64,000 nt of DNA, taken from assembly GCA_030295235.1 (NCBI GenBank), contig AP026135.1:930001-994000 (forward strand), in the 5' to 3' direction. Shown one piece after another: positions 1 to 10,483 of the stretch (the stretch's first letter is position 1; the number at the start of each line of letters is the position of its first letter). The notes under the pieces are model-generated. The model made no database searches. It had not been told where the DNA came from and saw nothing but the letters and a program-made list of their open reading frames with translations. The translations under genes were made by a program, and so were the position numbers. This DNA is from Fistulifera solaris (lineage: Eukaryota).

Positions 1-158
1 ACGTTCCGATTTCGTTCCCCCACGAAAATACCTTTTTTTAAACAGCTAATTTTCGAAAAGTTAAAATATAAAGCAGATATTTTATAATAATATTGACTTT
101 TTCCAAGAAAGTGCCCACGATTGGAATCCTTACAAAGTATGTCGAACAGAGTATACAA

Positions 159-872
159 TTTTTTTTTTTTTTTTTAAACGCTTATATATTTTATTCCTAA
201 TTTTTTAATCGTCAGAATCTAATCTTGACATTCGACTGAATTTTCCACTTTTCATTCACATATATTTCAGTCTGACTGAGTAAGCTTTGGTTCTAACTCC
301 CTAGCCTTAGTGCGCTAGTAGAGGGCCAGTCCCGAGCCCGTTTCCCAATGAGGGGGATTCCGTTTTGGCATTCCTTCTCTTGGATTTCGCAGAAGCATAC
401 TAACTGACCTGACCAGGGAAAGACTCATGCAGCGCCCCGGATGAAGCCACAGATCTCGGAGTATGGCTTGTTCCACTTCCGCTGAAGTTTTCTTGCAAGC
501 TGTCTCGATGCTGAAATAGCCTGTTGTCCCATCATTCCGTCAATGGAAAAGACCAGGGGAGTGAAGTCTCGTCTACGTCAAGTGGCAAGGGGGTCCGTAC
601 ATGCTACGCTTTTCACGCTCTTGAGAAGCCAGAACCTTAATCGGGTCACGGTTTCTGTATGACGGTGCGTCGGTATCAGTAACTCGGACATCGAAAATGG
701 TCGTTCGTCTCTCATTCCAAAAGCCATAGGCCGAAACATCTCCTCGAAGCTCTTGAACCTGTGTACTGTTGTTGCTGTTGCCAAATGTGTGAATGGTAGG
801 CTCATCGCCGAACAGATTTGGGTCCAAAGGCTTGCGTGCAAAGAGACATGAATTCCGCTTTCAGATCGTCGT
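159..872 (-). mobile_element. 5'-truncated non-LTR retrotransposon with restriction-like endonuclease (RLE) C-terminus, CRE-clade-like
   Basis: Minus strand reconstructs, across about 3 frameshifts, DDLKAEFMSLCTQAFGPKSVRDEPTIH...LRGDVSAYGFW...TIFDVRVTDTDAPSY...EREKRSMY...RRDFTPLVFSIDGMMG...LARKLQRKWNKPYSE...MSLSLVRS...GSGLALY*. A 3' UTR follows, then a 17-nt poly(A) (T-run 159-175). Candidate TSD TACAATT at 154-160 and 872-878. Confidence 0.85.
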
Positions 873-1314
873 ACAATTCTTGTAAACGAATTTTGGTTCA
901 AAATAACATTTTCTGCAAATATATTGTCTTTTCGGCAGCATAATCGTCAGTGCCGGCCGAAAATTCCACGGAATTCCACGACTACTTTTTGGAGGACAGT
1001 GCGAAAATTGGATAGACACGGAAGCTGCATGGGCACGCCTCGCTTCCTTAACTCCAAAACGAAAAACGATTACCGGATTGTGTCACAAAGGAAAACGTGA
1101 CTGACTACCAGACCTTATTCGTTCGGCTGCCGACTACTCCGTACGTTTTAATTGCTTGTTGCGTTGTTTACCAACAACACAACAATCATCTTAAGTCCTA
1201 CAAGTACTGGTAGTCCCGAACGCGATTGTTACTGTGCAACTATTCATCTTCTTCACACATGACAAAGGGGGGATACGCAGGTGGAAACAAGAAGAAGGAG
1301 ATAAACGGAAGAGT

Positions 1315-2172
1315 ATGAAGGTTGCATTGATACTGACCAATTCACTGGTTGTGTTTTCGTTAATGTACCCGTCGCATGCGTTTTCCTTTCCGCCGAAGAG
1401 CACCTCTCTACAAGTTAATCCATATCGTTACCTCGTTGTTTTACATGCCAAGGAACCAAGATTAGGAAAGAAAGAAGGAGTCTACGTACGCCCCTCCGCC
1501 GCCATCGAACGAGGATCTGGTTTCTTCGTGCCGGGTCTCGAAGGTCCCAAAGTGAGGCTGGTGTCAGGCGTCGTACTTCTTTGTGCTCTTCTCTTTATTG
1601 TCACCAATTCACCAGTAACCAATGCAGGAAATAATTTTGCGAATGGCGTAACTGCGGTCTTCGCCACCATAGTATTGCTACAGGCAGCGATCGAATTTCA
1701 AAAGGGAGCTAATTCCTCGCCAGTAGTACAATCGGGATCGGCGGCGCCGAATTTAGTCACCTGGACCAAGCAATGGCTTGTTCCATCAACAGATACAAAC
1801 TGGAGGGATCGTGTGGAATGGGCTGCTTCGTCCTTTTTGTCAATGACGTCCGCCACAAACATCCTTCTAGTGGGGCCTGGGAAAGTTGTCTTTTCGTTAG
1901 GCACCAATGAGATCGACACCAACCATCCGGAGAGTTGTTTGGCTGCTCTTAGCACGCTTTCCGAGTCGAAAAGTGGAAGAGTCGCAGTACCTATGTCACA
2001 CCCGTCGGTGGCGCTCTTTCCGGGTAATGTACGTTGTGTCATTTTACAACGAGTCAGTAGCAACAGTAAGCTTTGCTGGATTGTGGCGTCAAATCAACTT
2101 TTGGCTAGTTTCACCAAACAAGATCTCACCTGGTTAGGTAGGCTGGCAGAATATGTGGACGTCGATTCATAA
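1315..2172 (+). CDS. Plastid-targeted CCB2/CCB4-family protein (cytochrome b6f heme ci assembly)
   Basis: ATG 1315 gives signal peptide ending SHA-F; two TM helices; EWAASSFLSMTSATNILL and C-terminal ASFTKQDLTWLGRLA resemble CCB2/CCB4 motifs. Confidence 0.7.
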   Translation: MKVALILTNSLVVFSLMYPSHAFSFPPKSTSLQVNPYRYLVVLHAKEPRLGKKEGVYVRPSAAIERGSGFFVPGLEGPKVRLVSGVVLLCALLFIVTNSPVTNAGNNFANGVTAVFATIVLLQAAIEFQKGANSSPVVQSGSAAPNLVTWTKQWLVPSTDTNWRDRVEWAASSFLSMTSATNILLVGPGKVVFSLGTNEIDTNHPESCLAALSTLSESKSGRVAVPMSHPSVALFPGNVRCVILQRVSSNSKLCWIVASNQLLASFTKQDLTWLGRLAEYVDVDS

Positions 2173-2220
2173 AATGAGCTATTGCGCTATGCTAATTACA
2201 TTACACTACATGTTCCATTC

Positions 2221-3951
2221 CTAATCATCAATGTCTTCCACACTAATGATAAAGCCGGTCTGCCGCATGTGAAAGGCCTCGTCGTAGTCATCGTCGGACT
2301 CATCGTAATCGTCGCGACTACCATATTGACCATCTGGGTAACCATCGTCGACCGTTTGTGAAAGTATCGGTGCTGTGGCATCCTCTTCGTTGTCATCGCC
2401 CACACTAAGGGAGTCAATCACCATTCCCTCCAGATCGGACATATAATTCGACCTATCGTCAATATTTGAATTGGAACGATATCGTCTGTGCTGATCGTTC
2501 GAATTTTCGTCTCGATCGCTACCTGAATCGAATGAGTTGAGTCTTCTGTCACTGGGTGGTGCTGTCGACATTAAAGCGGGAGAATCTTGAAATCGAGCGT
2601 TCGGTGGCGGTGATTCTACAACCTCTTGTTGCGAAACAGGCTTATCTTCGACATCTTCCACCATTTCGGCAACATCTTGTTCGGCCTGTATTAATTTTTC
2701 TTGCGCGGCACGATCCTTTCTCAAGAGATGCATAAAGTAGAATGCGGCCGCTAATAGCACCAGTGCTACACCGACGACCAGGATCGATATGATGGCAGCA
2801 TCACTGCCTGACGACCCGATTTCCTCTTCCGGGGTGGTAATTGCGTAGCTGGAGAGGAATATAGCAGAGGGATTGTCGGATATACCTGTCATTAAGGTCA
2901 TATACCCCAAAGCATTCAACTCAAATGGATAAGTAAACAGTGTGTCTTGCAGATCTCCCCAAAGCTTTGCATCATATTCATTGACAAGCATGGTGTAATT
3001 AATCAATTGCTGATAATCGATCGCGAGGGGCAAAGATGTGTTGTCGGCTCCGGGGGCAATCTCACCAATTCGAGTTTGTTTGATATAGCGTGTTTCGACG
3101 TGACCAACAAATACGGGCGAAAATGGATTAGTTTCGGTGTCGTCCCAGAAACGTTGGATGAAATTACTCGTCTCCAATTGCCATCGCGGCGGTCGGAAAT
3201 CTTGCAATGCGCCTTGTAATACTATGGTGAGAAAATGCTCCGCGAACAAGTCACTCTGAAGCGACGGCATGGAACTAGGGAGCTCACTCGGCGATGAACT
3301 CGGATAAGGAGACGGAACCTCGGAAGCAATAGTTGTCGGAGCCACTGATGGCCATTCAGTGCGGTCGGCGTCAAAGTCTGTCGGGTATGCCGTTGTGGTT
3401 GGCTGGTAACTGGCGGAAGGGGCAGTGGACGGTACGAGCGAAAGAGACGGGCTAATGCTGGGGAAAATGCTAGGAGACGTGCTTGGCTGTATCGTTAAGG
3501 TCGGCTGTAATGTAGGCAAATGAGAAGGAACGGCGCTTGGGCTATCCGATGGATAAACAGAAGGTATCGTTGACGGAGGATGTGATAGGGAGGGAGCTGA
3601 TGAAGTAGTCGGGCTGGTCGACGGTCGTAGTTCTGTTGGTTGAGAGGGCTGGTTTGATAGTCCAATTGGCGCCAGGGACGGCGTAGGTGCATTAGACTGT
3701 TCATTTGGTACTTCCGTCCCTTGATAGGGTGTCGCCACAACTTCTTCTACAAGTCCACGCTGTCTGACATTCGATTGAGGTGAACTGAAATACAAGAAAA
3801 TACCCCCACGCCATCGGATGGCCGGAATCATTTGAAGCGCAGCAAGAACGTATAATACTGCTCCCGCGCTTAGAGATAGTGACAAAAGCCTCTTCAACAA
3901 CCTTGCTTGTTGGTTGTTACGGACAAACATCCTCGTAAACTGCGCCGCCAT
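2221..3951 (-). CDS. Membrane-anchored Pro/Ser-rich (PSxxPS repeat) surface protein
   Basis: 576-aa ORF with N-terminal hydrophobic anchor, about 25 PSxxPS/PT repeats, a globular region, a TM helix (AAIISILVVGVALVLLAAAFYFM) and an acidic tail. Confidence 0.8.
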   Translation of the reverse strand: MAAQFTRMFVRNNQQARLLKRLLSLSLSAGAVLYVLAALQMIPAIRWRGGIFLYFSSPQSNVRQRGLVEEVVATPYQGTEVPNEQSNAPTPSLAPIGLSNQPSQPTELRPSTSPTTSSAPSLSHPPSTIPSVYPSDSPSAVPSHLPTLQPTLTIQPSTSPSIFPSISPSLSLVPSTAPSASYQPTTTAYPTDFDADRTEWPSVAPTTIASEVPSPYPSSSPSELPSSMPSLQSDLFAEHFLTIVLQGALQDFRPPRWQLETSNFIQRFWDDTETNPFSPVFVGHVETRYIKQTRIGEIAPGADNTSLPLAIDYQQLINYTMLVNEYDAKLWGDLQDTLFTYPFELNALGYMTLMTGISDNPSAIFLSSYAITTPEEEIGSSGSDAAIISILVVGVALVLLAAAFYFMHLLRKDRAAQEKLIQAEQDVAEMVEDVEDKPVSQQEVVESPPPNARFQDSPALMSTAPPSDRRLNSFDSGSDRDENSNDQHRRYRSNSNIDDRSNYMSDLEGMVIDSLSVGDDNEEDATAPILSQTVDDGYPDGQYGSRDDYDESDDDYDEAFHMRQTGFIISVEDIDD

Positions 3952-4408
3952 CGAATGTCAAACGATAGTCGAGAGTCGAGACTTACTAGCGTAAAGCGTG
4001 TGTTTTGTGTTTCAAAGGTGCAGAAAACATCCTCACGTCTGAGCGTGACACAGCTATGTCAAGAAAAAGTGGTTCTCGATGAGGTTGCGAGTTGCGACAA
4101 CAATCGACTTAAAGTCCCTTTCGTCGTTTTCCTTAGACCCTACCATAGACAAGTTAGAGGTCAGTTTCTTGTAAACGGAAAGTTAGTTGTGACGCCCGGT
4201 ACTTTCGCGACGGTTCTATTTGTTTCTTAGATGAAATAAGAACGGTCCTTTTTAGAACAAATTGGATACAATGCGAGTCCTTGTCGATAATCTAAATTAA
4301 CTTATGACCGTCTATGATAATCATCAAAGAATACAAAATAACCGCCCTCGACTGCATCCCATGACATGAGGCCATCCGAAAATAGAATCTGTAAGGACTA
4401 AAATACGC

Positions 4409-4834
4409 TGACAAATTCCGGGAGCGCACAGATAGCTCACCCGAACCGAAATAAAAAGCTTTATGCACACTCTGCCTTTGATGGGGCAGAATGTAATGGT
4501 AGAAAGAAACCAAAAAAAAGAGGATGGAACTCAATTCAATTTCATTATTCTATTATTGTGAGCACTACGGTGATTTTGCTTGTTTCACATGAACCAGAAG
4601 AGAAGAAAAATCAGAATGTACTGAACACGTAGGATTTGAACTCGTGCCATCTGCCTTTCTGTCGACGTGGCAAGAGAAGAACATTATGTGGCACTGAAAT
4701 TCTCATCCAAAAGTATCCAAGACTGAGATATTCAAACATGAACCGGAAATGTCTCACTGAGTACCACTGAGAAATTACCATTGAAAACATTGAGTACCAG
4801 TAGTGCAGTACTCATTCTTTCCCGAAATCTGTCA
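4409..4834 (-). repeat. 3' LTR (426 bp)
   Basis: About 5 differences from 5837-6260 by eye, mostly at homopolymers. Confidence 0.95.
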
Positions 4835-5673
4835 CTCCCCGTCTTCTCGCAGGCACGTTGTACACTTTTTGCTTTCACTGCATCTCCCCGTCCACAAAGA
4901 ATATTGTTGAAATCAGTACCAACAGACTTTCCAACAGTAGTAAACATAACTGGCGGAGGCTCCCCGGGAGGCAAGACAACTGGCGTACAATATCCAGTAC
5001 AGTCAGGTAAAACGTCATCCAAGAAAGAAACAACTGACTTAGTACTCAAGAAACCAAGAGAACGATGACTGTAATCCAATAGAGTAACCAAAGAACAAGT
5101 ATCCGTATCCGAAGAACAAGTATCCAAGACCACAATGTTATCGGAGCATGTTCCATCGAAAACAACTTCAGTATCATCGCCGTCCGGATAAGAATTGTTG
5201 AATACAACAACAGGAACATGGATTGAATTGTCGTGTACACTTTCTTCGGAAGGATTAGGATCGTTAACAGAAATGACATCTATCGGTGATACACTCTCAA
5301 CTGGAAGGTCGTAGAGAGAGGAGGGGGCCATAGTATCGAATGGTTCCTGCTGAAGAACATGGTAGGAAGTACTACGGACGAAGGGCTTAACAGAACGACA
5401 ACGGAAGTTGTCGAACTGCTCCATAGTAATCGAAAACCAGTCATTTCCAATCGGGTCATTATCGGAGTGGCGTGCAACGACGAAACGTAGAAAACACGTC
5501 AGCAATTTCTTCTCTCCCCGTTTGACTGGAAGAAGAGCATCTATTTCTGACGATGTCATCGAAAGCAGCGCGTAGATATCAGTACGACCAACGGAAAGAA
5601 GTGACATCTTTAACGTACTGTCATTATCAGGACCAAGCAGTACATTATCAATGACGTGGTCGAATGCAGCCAT
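4732..5673 (-). CDS. Truncated Gag-like protein of the LTR element (313 aa), reading into the 3' LTR
   Basis: MAAFDHVIDNVL...LKMSL...DIYALL...EIDAL...GEKKLL..F...PIGNDWFSITMEQFDNFR resembles the N-terminus of diatom Copia Gag. The ORF crosses the PPT as EKTGSD and stops inside the LTR. Confidence 0.7.
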   Translation of the reverse strand: MAAFDHVIDNVLLGPDNDSTLKMSLLSVGRTDIYALLSMTSSEIDALLPVKRGEKKLLTCFLRFVVARHSDNDPIGNDWFSITMEQFDNFRCRSVKPFVRSTSYHVLQQEPFDTMAPSSLYDLPVESVSPIDVISVNDPNPSEESVHDNSIHVPVVVFNNSYPDGDDTEVVFDGTCSDNIVVLDTCSSDTDTCSLVTLLDYSHRSLGFLSTKSVVSFLDDVLPDCTGYCTPVVLPPGEPPPVMFTTVGKSVGTDFNNILCGRGDAVKAKSVQRACEKTGSDRFRERMSTALLVLNVFNGNFSVVLSETFPVHV

Positions 5674-5820
5674 TGCGGGGGGAAGGTGGGAGTACCGGAA
5701 ACAACATTTGTGACACAAGCACGGACCGGTGCGAAATTGTTCACAAACCACAAACAAGAAGCTTGACAAACACAACACCAATGATGACAAGCAACAAACA
5801 ATCAACAATCACACAAGAGA

Positions 5821-5836
5821 CTTGCGACTGTTAATC
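5821..5836 (-). promoter_or_regulatory. Primer-binding site complementary to tRNA-Asn(GUU) anticodon arm
   Basis: Minus strand reads LTR-CA|GATTAACAGTCGCAAG. Its complement TGCGA-CTGTTAA-TC is a stem strand, a 7-nt anticodon loop with GTT, and two bases that pair back with the stem. Confidence 0.75.
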
Positions 5837-6260
5837 TGACAAATTCCGGGAGCGCACAGATAGCTCACCCGGAACGAAATAAAAGCTTTGTGCACACTCT
5901 GCCTTTGATGGGGCAGAATGTAATGGTAGAAAGAAACCAAAAAAAAGAGGATGGAACTCAATTCAATTTCATTATTCTATTATTGTGAGCACTACGGTGA
6001 TTTTGCTTGTTTCACATGAACCAGAAGAGAAGAAAATCAGAATGTACTGAACACGTAGGATTTGAACTCGTGCCATCTGCCTTTCTGTCGACGTGGCAAG
6101 AGAAGAACATTATGTGGCACTGAAATTCTCATCCAAAAGTATCCAAGACTGAGATATTCAAACATGAACCGGAAATGTCTCACTGAGTACCACTGAGAAA
6201 TTACCATTGAAAACATTGAGTACCAGTAGTGCAGTACTCATTCTTTCCCGAAATCTGTCA
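5837..6260 (-). repeat. 5' LTR (424 bp)
   Basis: Near-identical to 4409-4834. Confidence 0.95.
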
Positions 6261-6363
6261 TACGCCGTTCTTCTAGCATTTCCAATTAAATGTATCAATT
6301 TACATTCATTGCAAATAATGATTGTATCCATGGAAATGAGCGAAAATTCATATGAATCCCTTT

Positions 6364-6640
6364 TACCTACATGATGCGCGTCTCACGACACATCATAGTC
6401 TGGGACTGGCCTTCTCTCACGATCTACGATGAAAAGCCTTGCGAAACGTTGTCTGCGTATTTACTCTCTAGACAACAGTGTTGTCTGTTTTTCGCCACGA
6501 CTGCACTTCAGTCATGAATCAGTATCCTTCGAGCGACAATGCTGCCTACAATACGTTCGTTTAGCAGATTTCTTGAGCTCCATTTGTCATTATTGCAGTG
6601 AAATAGGCTTAAGCAGCGTTTGTACTACACGCCTGTACCT
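6364..6640. repeat. Old interspersed repeat relic
   Basis: 6364-6410 matches the reverse complement of 16259-16305 at 40/47; 6475-6640 aligns with 48620-48880. Confidence 0.65.
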
Positions 6641-6859
6641 TCCATCAAATGAATTCGATACACTGAATCGATTTCTTTTCAAATCATCAACTTTGGCAAG
6701 AGCGATTATTACTTGCACTAGAATAAGAACTTACACGTCAAAGCTGGAAGTCAGAAGCTATGCTACCAAAAATTTAGAGGCTCCAATTCCAAGAACAAAA
6801 AATTACGGAGTACCCGGTACCGGTACACTTGCCGTACACCGACCTTGAGAACCACGCCT

Positions 6860-7345
6860 TTGGAACGTTCAAAGAAATTCTGTATGATCAAAAACACCGT
6901 GTCCTGAATTTCTGGAACTGACACACAATTTCTGTATGACCCAAAATACTACGTACCGTGTCCCGAACTGGAAAGTGTACACAGAATTTCTGTATGAATA
7001 GAAATATGGAAATCAAGGAGAATATCTGTATGACCCAAAACATCGTGTCCAGAGTTTTGGAATGTTTAAACAGAATATCTGTAATGGTAGGATTTGAAAC
7101 ACCGTGTTCAGAATCTTTGGAGCGCGCACAGAATATCTTTAGGATCCAAAACACCTTTTCAAGTCCATAGAATATATGTAAGACCAAAAACACCGTGTCA
7201 GGAATTTACTGGAACGTCCACCCAAAACACCGTCCCCGGAATCTCTGTAAGATACACAGAATTTCTGTATCATGAATTACACCTTAAGCAGCATTTCTGG
7301 AACCTATATAGAAGCTGTGCAGACCTAAATGCACCGTACTAAAAC
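6860..7345. repeat. Degenerate ~50-60 bp tandem minisatellite
   Basis: About 8-9 recurrences of CAGAATWTCTGTATGACCCAAAACACCGTGTCC..GAATTTCTGGAA. Confidence 0.8.
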
Positions 7346-7718
7346 ATTTTCCGTTTACTGCCATCGCACGCCGTTCTTATATTCTTCGCATACAAAGTAA
7401 GTTACTGACAAATACGATCGGCATCTTTTTAGACGAACTACTCCGTAATTCTAGTTTCAATTCACCACCCATGACTGAATATTCCAGTCATGAAGTGTAT
7501 TTATAGTTAGTAAAAATCCGTGTTACTGGCCTAGCGGCAACGTTACTTTCGCCCCACCGAGGATCGTTGATCGTTGATCGAGGTCAATCGCGTCGTCTTC
7601 GCCATTCGAATTCAATGCTGTAGAGCTTTCTTCACCACCATTTTCCTCTTGATAATAGAGTCGACGTGACAACGTACATTCATTACTTCCGCTAGCAAGG
7701 TTCCTTTTTTTGCAAAAC

Positions 7719-8198
7719 ATGGGAGATTCGGATTCTGATATCCAACAACAAACAAAGCAATATTTAGCGCAAGGAAGCTTGCTGCGGTCGAGGGTAGCTT
7801 CTTTTCTTCCCAAACTAAAAGAAGCAAATGAAACGCACCTCGACACGAATTCAAATGTCGTCATTGAGTTGGAAAAACAGAATAGCGACATTGACAGCGA
7901 GAACGAGAGTACAGCAGACACCAACGGTAAATCAAGTGGACAGGTAATAGAGATGAACATAGCAATGGGCGATGTGTCCAACAATCCCGTGTTTCAAATG
8001 CTTGGAGACGATACAGAGGACTTCGATGATTCAGAGAGTGAAGGTTCGGAGAAAGAGACATCTGCTAGAGAACACGCTGTTCAGAATCTACTCAATCGGA
8101 AAAGAACGAGTGTGTCGGGCGGTGAGGAAATGACGCCACAGAAGAAAACTTGTAATCCTCTTATCAAGGTCATCCACGAGTCGAATGATACCGCATAA
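7719..8198 (+). CDS. NOPCHAP1/C12orf45 (DUF4598)-like box C/D snoRNP assembly factor
   Basis: LLRSRVASFLPKLKEAN and VIEMNIAMG motifs separated by an acidic linker. Confidence 0.7.
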   Translation: MGDSDSDIQQQTKQYLAQGSLLRSRVASFLPKLKEANETHLDTNSNVVIELEKQNSDIDSENESTADTNGKSSGQVIEMNIAMGDVSNNPVFQMLGDDTEDFDDSESEGSEKETSAREHAVQNLLNRKRTSVSGGEEMTPQKKTCNPLIKVIHESNDTA

Positions 8199-8233
8199 GT
8201 AGTAAACTTTCATAAATTTCGTTACCGTTGTTT

Positions 8234-9572
8234 CTACTTTTCTTGGGGGTTCATTTCCCGCAAGAGTACAGCAATACTTGTAGGAGGCACAATACCCAGT
8301 TCGGTCACAATTCCACTCACAAAGGATGCGGGTGTCAGATCATAAAGGAGATTGAGTCTTTTAAAGTTGGCTGTATCTCCGTCTGTGCTGACGAGATTCG
8401 GGTCGCCGAGTTCATTGTTGGTGATACTCTCCAGTTGTACACGGTTCGAAATCTTGTACGTCTCACCACAAACCAAAACAGGTATGTTGTGTGCGGCGGC
8501 TGCCATTGCAACGGATGCCGTACCAACTCGACCCATAACAGAACCATCGCTCATCATGGCAGCTGTGCCCAGCAACACTTTTGTAACGTCTTGAAATACG
8601 TACGTCACCGCATTGAGCAAAATGTAAGAGCACGGAATACCCAATTCACGAATTTTCTCCAATTGCTTCTTGCCCTCCAACAGTGGGCGACTATCTACCA
8701 GGATGACGCGAAGCTGCCGGCACGTTGATACAGCGCCTTCCAAAATTTTGGTAATTACCTCCGAATGACCGTACACGAGAAGAACTTCGTCGCGGTCACG
8801 CAACAATTTTTGGCACGTCAAATCGGCTATAGCCGCCATGGCATATTCAATTCTCTCGCGTTCGTAAGCGTGAATACTTTCCTGCAGTTTGTCGACATAT
8901 GCCATGGGATCCAGATCACGATCCAAACTTGCCACTGCTGTCTTCAGAAACGTAAAGGCATTCCCCATACTGACGGAATGAGGTCTACAATGTTCCGTCC
9001 AATAAGTAAAGGCCGGCTTCAATATCACTTGATCAAGGGTTTGACGGAAATCTTCGTCCGTTGGATTCGACGCACTGACATAATCCGGCAATATTGCGGC
9101 AAATGTCTCCAGCATCGCGCGACAGCGGGCATTGCCTCCTCGAATTTGCCCCGTGGCGAAGCGATAACCTGTCTCTACTACGGCGGGATGTAGTTGTGCT
9201 GTATCGACCCCAATTGATGCTTTCAGTGTAGCGCCCGTCTCAAACAACAGTTCTGGATTCTGATGGGCTTTTAAATGCGAAACCAGTCCTCCATCACATG
9301 GTCGGGTGGTTGCCGTTTTGGGTGTATCCGCGGGCTGATTTGCCGGCTGTTGTTTAGGCTGCTTCGTTGTGCTACTTGCAGACTTGTTTTGTTCATTCGT
9401 TGGAGGCTTGCCGCCCCCTTGATTTCCTTGTTGAAGAGCAGATTTCGCTGCTCGCTGCTGCTCTTGGATAGCACGTCTTTCTGCCTTCGAAAGCTTCGGC
9501 TTGGGCGGAGGAATCACTAGATTCGCCGGCTTTTTCTTTCTTAGGTTTCTCAATTTTTGTCTCTGTTGACAT
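8234..9572 (-). CDS. EIF2B4: Translation initiation factor eIF-2B subunit delta (one frameshift near the 5' end)
   Basis: LSKAERRAIQEQQRAAK, LHPAVV, GGNARC, CRPHSVSMGNA, VDSRPLLEG, RVGTA, CGETYK, NELGDP, YDLTP. ATG 9572 lies in an adjacent frame. Confidence 0.93.
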
Positions 9573-10483
9573 ATTTATAAAGTCAATTGTGAAGCAGATG
9601 GTTCTTATCTGAACAGGCAACACGCATGGGCGATCACCGTTCGTCGTTGCTTTTTCATCTCGTCCGCAAAAATCATCGACTGATCGATGAGCGCTCGCAT
9701 TTTCGCATATACCATGGAGTCACGAGTATTATGAGTCCCGACCTGGGTCCGATGGACGGCAGACGGTGGCGCAGCTAGGCGACGAAGAGAAGAAGACAGG
9801 GAGGGTGTCGACTATACATCTTTGTGTAAGCACACGGATTTTACTTAGCAGGTCTGTGTCGTAACAACTTCAATTGTATTCCTGAATTTACAGGGAGGCT
9901 TAAATCTTTTCATTGATAATATCGTACTCTTTATGGTAAGCAGTAAGCAGAGGTGCGCTCCCGTGTCTCCTCAGTCCTCAGTGCATCGACATCGACATCG
10001 AACATCGACGATGAGTGATTCTTCCTACCTACTTGTTCCTGGTACCACCGGGGAAGGACGAAGGACGTTAAAATTCTGCCTCCCAGTACAAGGTTCTACG
10101 TAGCGTCTACCAAGAGGCAGAATTTTAACGCCGTTCCCGGTAGCTTGAATGTGACAGTTTCGGGACTGAAAGCCAGCGTCTCCGATATTTTTTGAAATAC
10201 GTAGTATTGGCGTACTGGTACCGGTTAATTGACGAATCATCATCTCCACTTTCGGCTTTCGGCGAACTTACTGGTACCGGTGTGTCACGATTCACCATGC
10301 CGCGTTTTTGCTACCTGGTAGCGCGCATCAACAGCGCGATGTGTCCTTCGGAGCTTTGGCCGTTGTTGAATGTCGCTTTCAATTCTCGCCCACCGAGTCT
10401 CTTTTACTTGTCGTATTCTTGTACTCGTAGCGAATTTGATCGATATACTGCCTTGTACGTTCCATTTCGATCACTAGATTGAC

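Larger units (their letters stand above)
4409..6260 (-). mobile_element. Non-autonomous Ty1/Copia (CoDi-like) LTR retrotransposon, 1852 bp
   Basis: Direct repeats 4409-4834 and 5837-6260 with TGACA...TGTCA ends; 5-bp TSD TACGC (4404-4408, 6261-6265); PPT GACGGGGAG on minus strand abutting 4834; PBS abutting 5837; Gag-like ORF; no RT or integrase motifs. Confidence 0.95.

Noticed and set aside
4625..4650. tRNA T-arm/B-box-like GAGTTCAAATCC inside the LTR (minus strand)
   Set aside because: No A-box or cloverleaf upstream, so probably chance.
9763..9830. tRNA-like start GGTGGCGCAGCTAGG
   Set aside because: No anticodon arm, T-loop or acceptor stem follows.
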